Below, piece after piece: positions 63,051-64,000 of a DNA stretch of 64,000 nt. This DNA is from Mobula hypostoma (lineage: Eukaryota): positions 17,732,001 through 17,796,000 of the forward strand of contig NC_086097.1 in the NCBI RefSeq assembly GCF_963921235.1, written 5' to 3'. Made by a program: the position numbers and the translations under genes. The notes beneath the pieces were generated by a model. It was not told the DNA's origin. It did not search any database and saw only the letters and a program-made list of their open reading frames with translations. How positions within the stretch are numbered: position 1 is the first letter of the stretch; every line of letters begins with the position of its first letter.

Positions 63051-64000
63051 ATAAAACACTCTGTATGCTGTAAAGGATGTAACATGATCTATCACTCATT
63101 CCATTAACATGTTTGCTGTGTCATAAGTACAAATTCAATTACATGTCACATGATCCCTCACACTCTTGCCAGCAACAACTGCAGCAAGGACGAATGTACA
63201 CATTATGTTTATCAGTCAGATTTGCTAGGAATTGCAGATTTTGCCATCTCAGTGGTGGATGTCCAGCCATGACAAAGACGGATCAGTTTATGACATGTAG
63301 TGGGGCAGCCACGTGCTTCTGAAGTTACTGAGACTGTCTTTGCAAGGTCAGGTGCATTTCTATAGGGCATTTGATCATTTCTTATCCCTCAGCCAATTAC
63401 TGGCTGGTCCCTATTTTATATAACAACCTACATACATATTAATGTAGTTTTTCTCTCTCTCTAACTATCACTATAGCAAGGACAAATTCAGAGAAATATA
63501 GGAGGGTCCCTTCTATTTAACAAGAGCAAGAGGGAGAGGAGGAAGTGTTACTGGAAGAGGTGAAAAACCCAGTGTGATTGTGAAGACTCTGGATCTTCCT
63601 GAGCTGATGGAAAGTACTGGTGCAGCTATGGACATTATGCCTTTGCACATGACTCCACATGTTACCAGCTTATTTATAGATATTGCAAGGGATACTCAGC
63701 AAGAATATGGAGTACTGAGTTCTATTTCATGAGGTGAAGTTCTAAGGCAGTTCAGCTAAACCTGAAACAGCTCTCTGGTCTGGCTGGATGGCATAACAGC
63801 ACAGCAGTTCTGTCTGAAAGAACACTGATAAGTGTGATGAATGGAATGCAAGTTAGAGATGATGTAGAATTAAATGATAAAATTCACTGCTTGACGCTTA
63901 ATTACTTCTTGTGGAATAATTGTGTCCACTTTATCAAATCTTATCACTTAGAGCCTGAGAGTTTAAATTCAATTGTTCAGATTATATAAAGCTCCCAACC

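Overview
Vertebrate genomic DNA. The repeat content (Penelope-like, CR1, Rex1/Babar, V-SINE, Tc1, pogo) suggests a cartilaginous fish, probably a ray; this is an inference. The whole window lies inside one + strand gene, an LTBP-family extracellular matrix gene best matching LTBP2. Eight phase-compatible coding exons can be read: 101-295 (end of a TB/8-Cys domain and start of the hinge), a 20-nt microexon at 11481-11500, 12252-12300, 22776-22874, and four EGF/cbEGF exons at 37106-37231, 41527-41652, 43829-43957 and 54895-55014. Highlights: (1) two consecutive cbEGF exons, one LTBP1-like and one LTBP2/3-like, fill a slot that holds a single exon in each mammalian paralogue as I recall them; (2) the next expected cbEGF exon survives only as a dead pseudo-exon at 56207-56326; (3) tandem splice donors are frame-coupled to microexon skipping; (4) Penelope tails carry minimal hammerhead ribozyme motifs, one with an intact core in the sense orientation. 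The introns are mostly transposon remnants, often nested, plus a 1.66-kb purine/pyrimidine-alternating tract. Comparisons to human proteins are from memory and need a database check.
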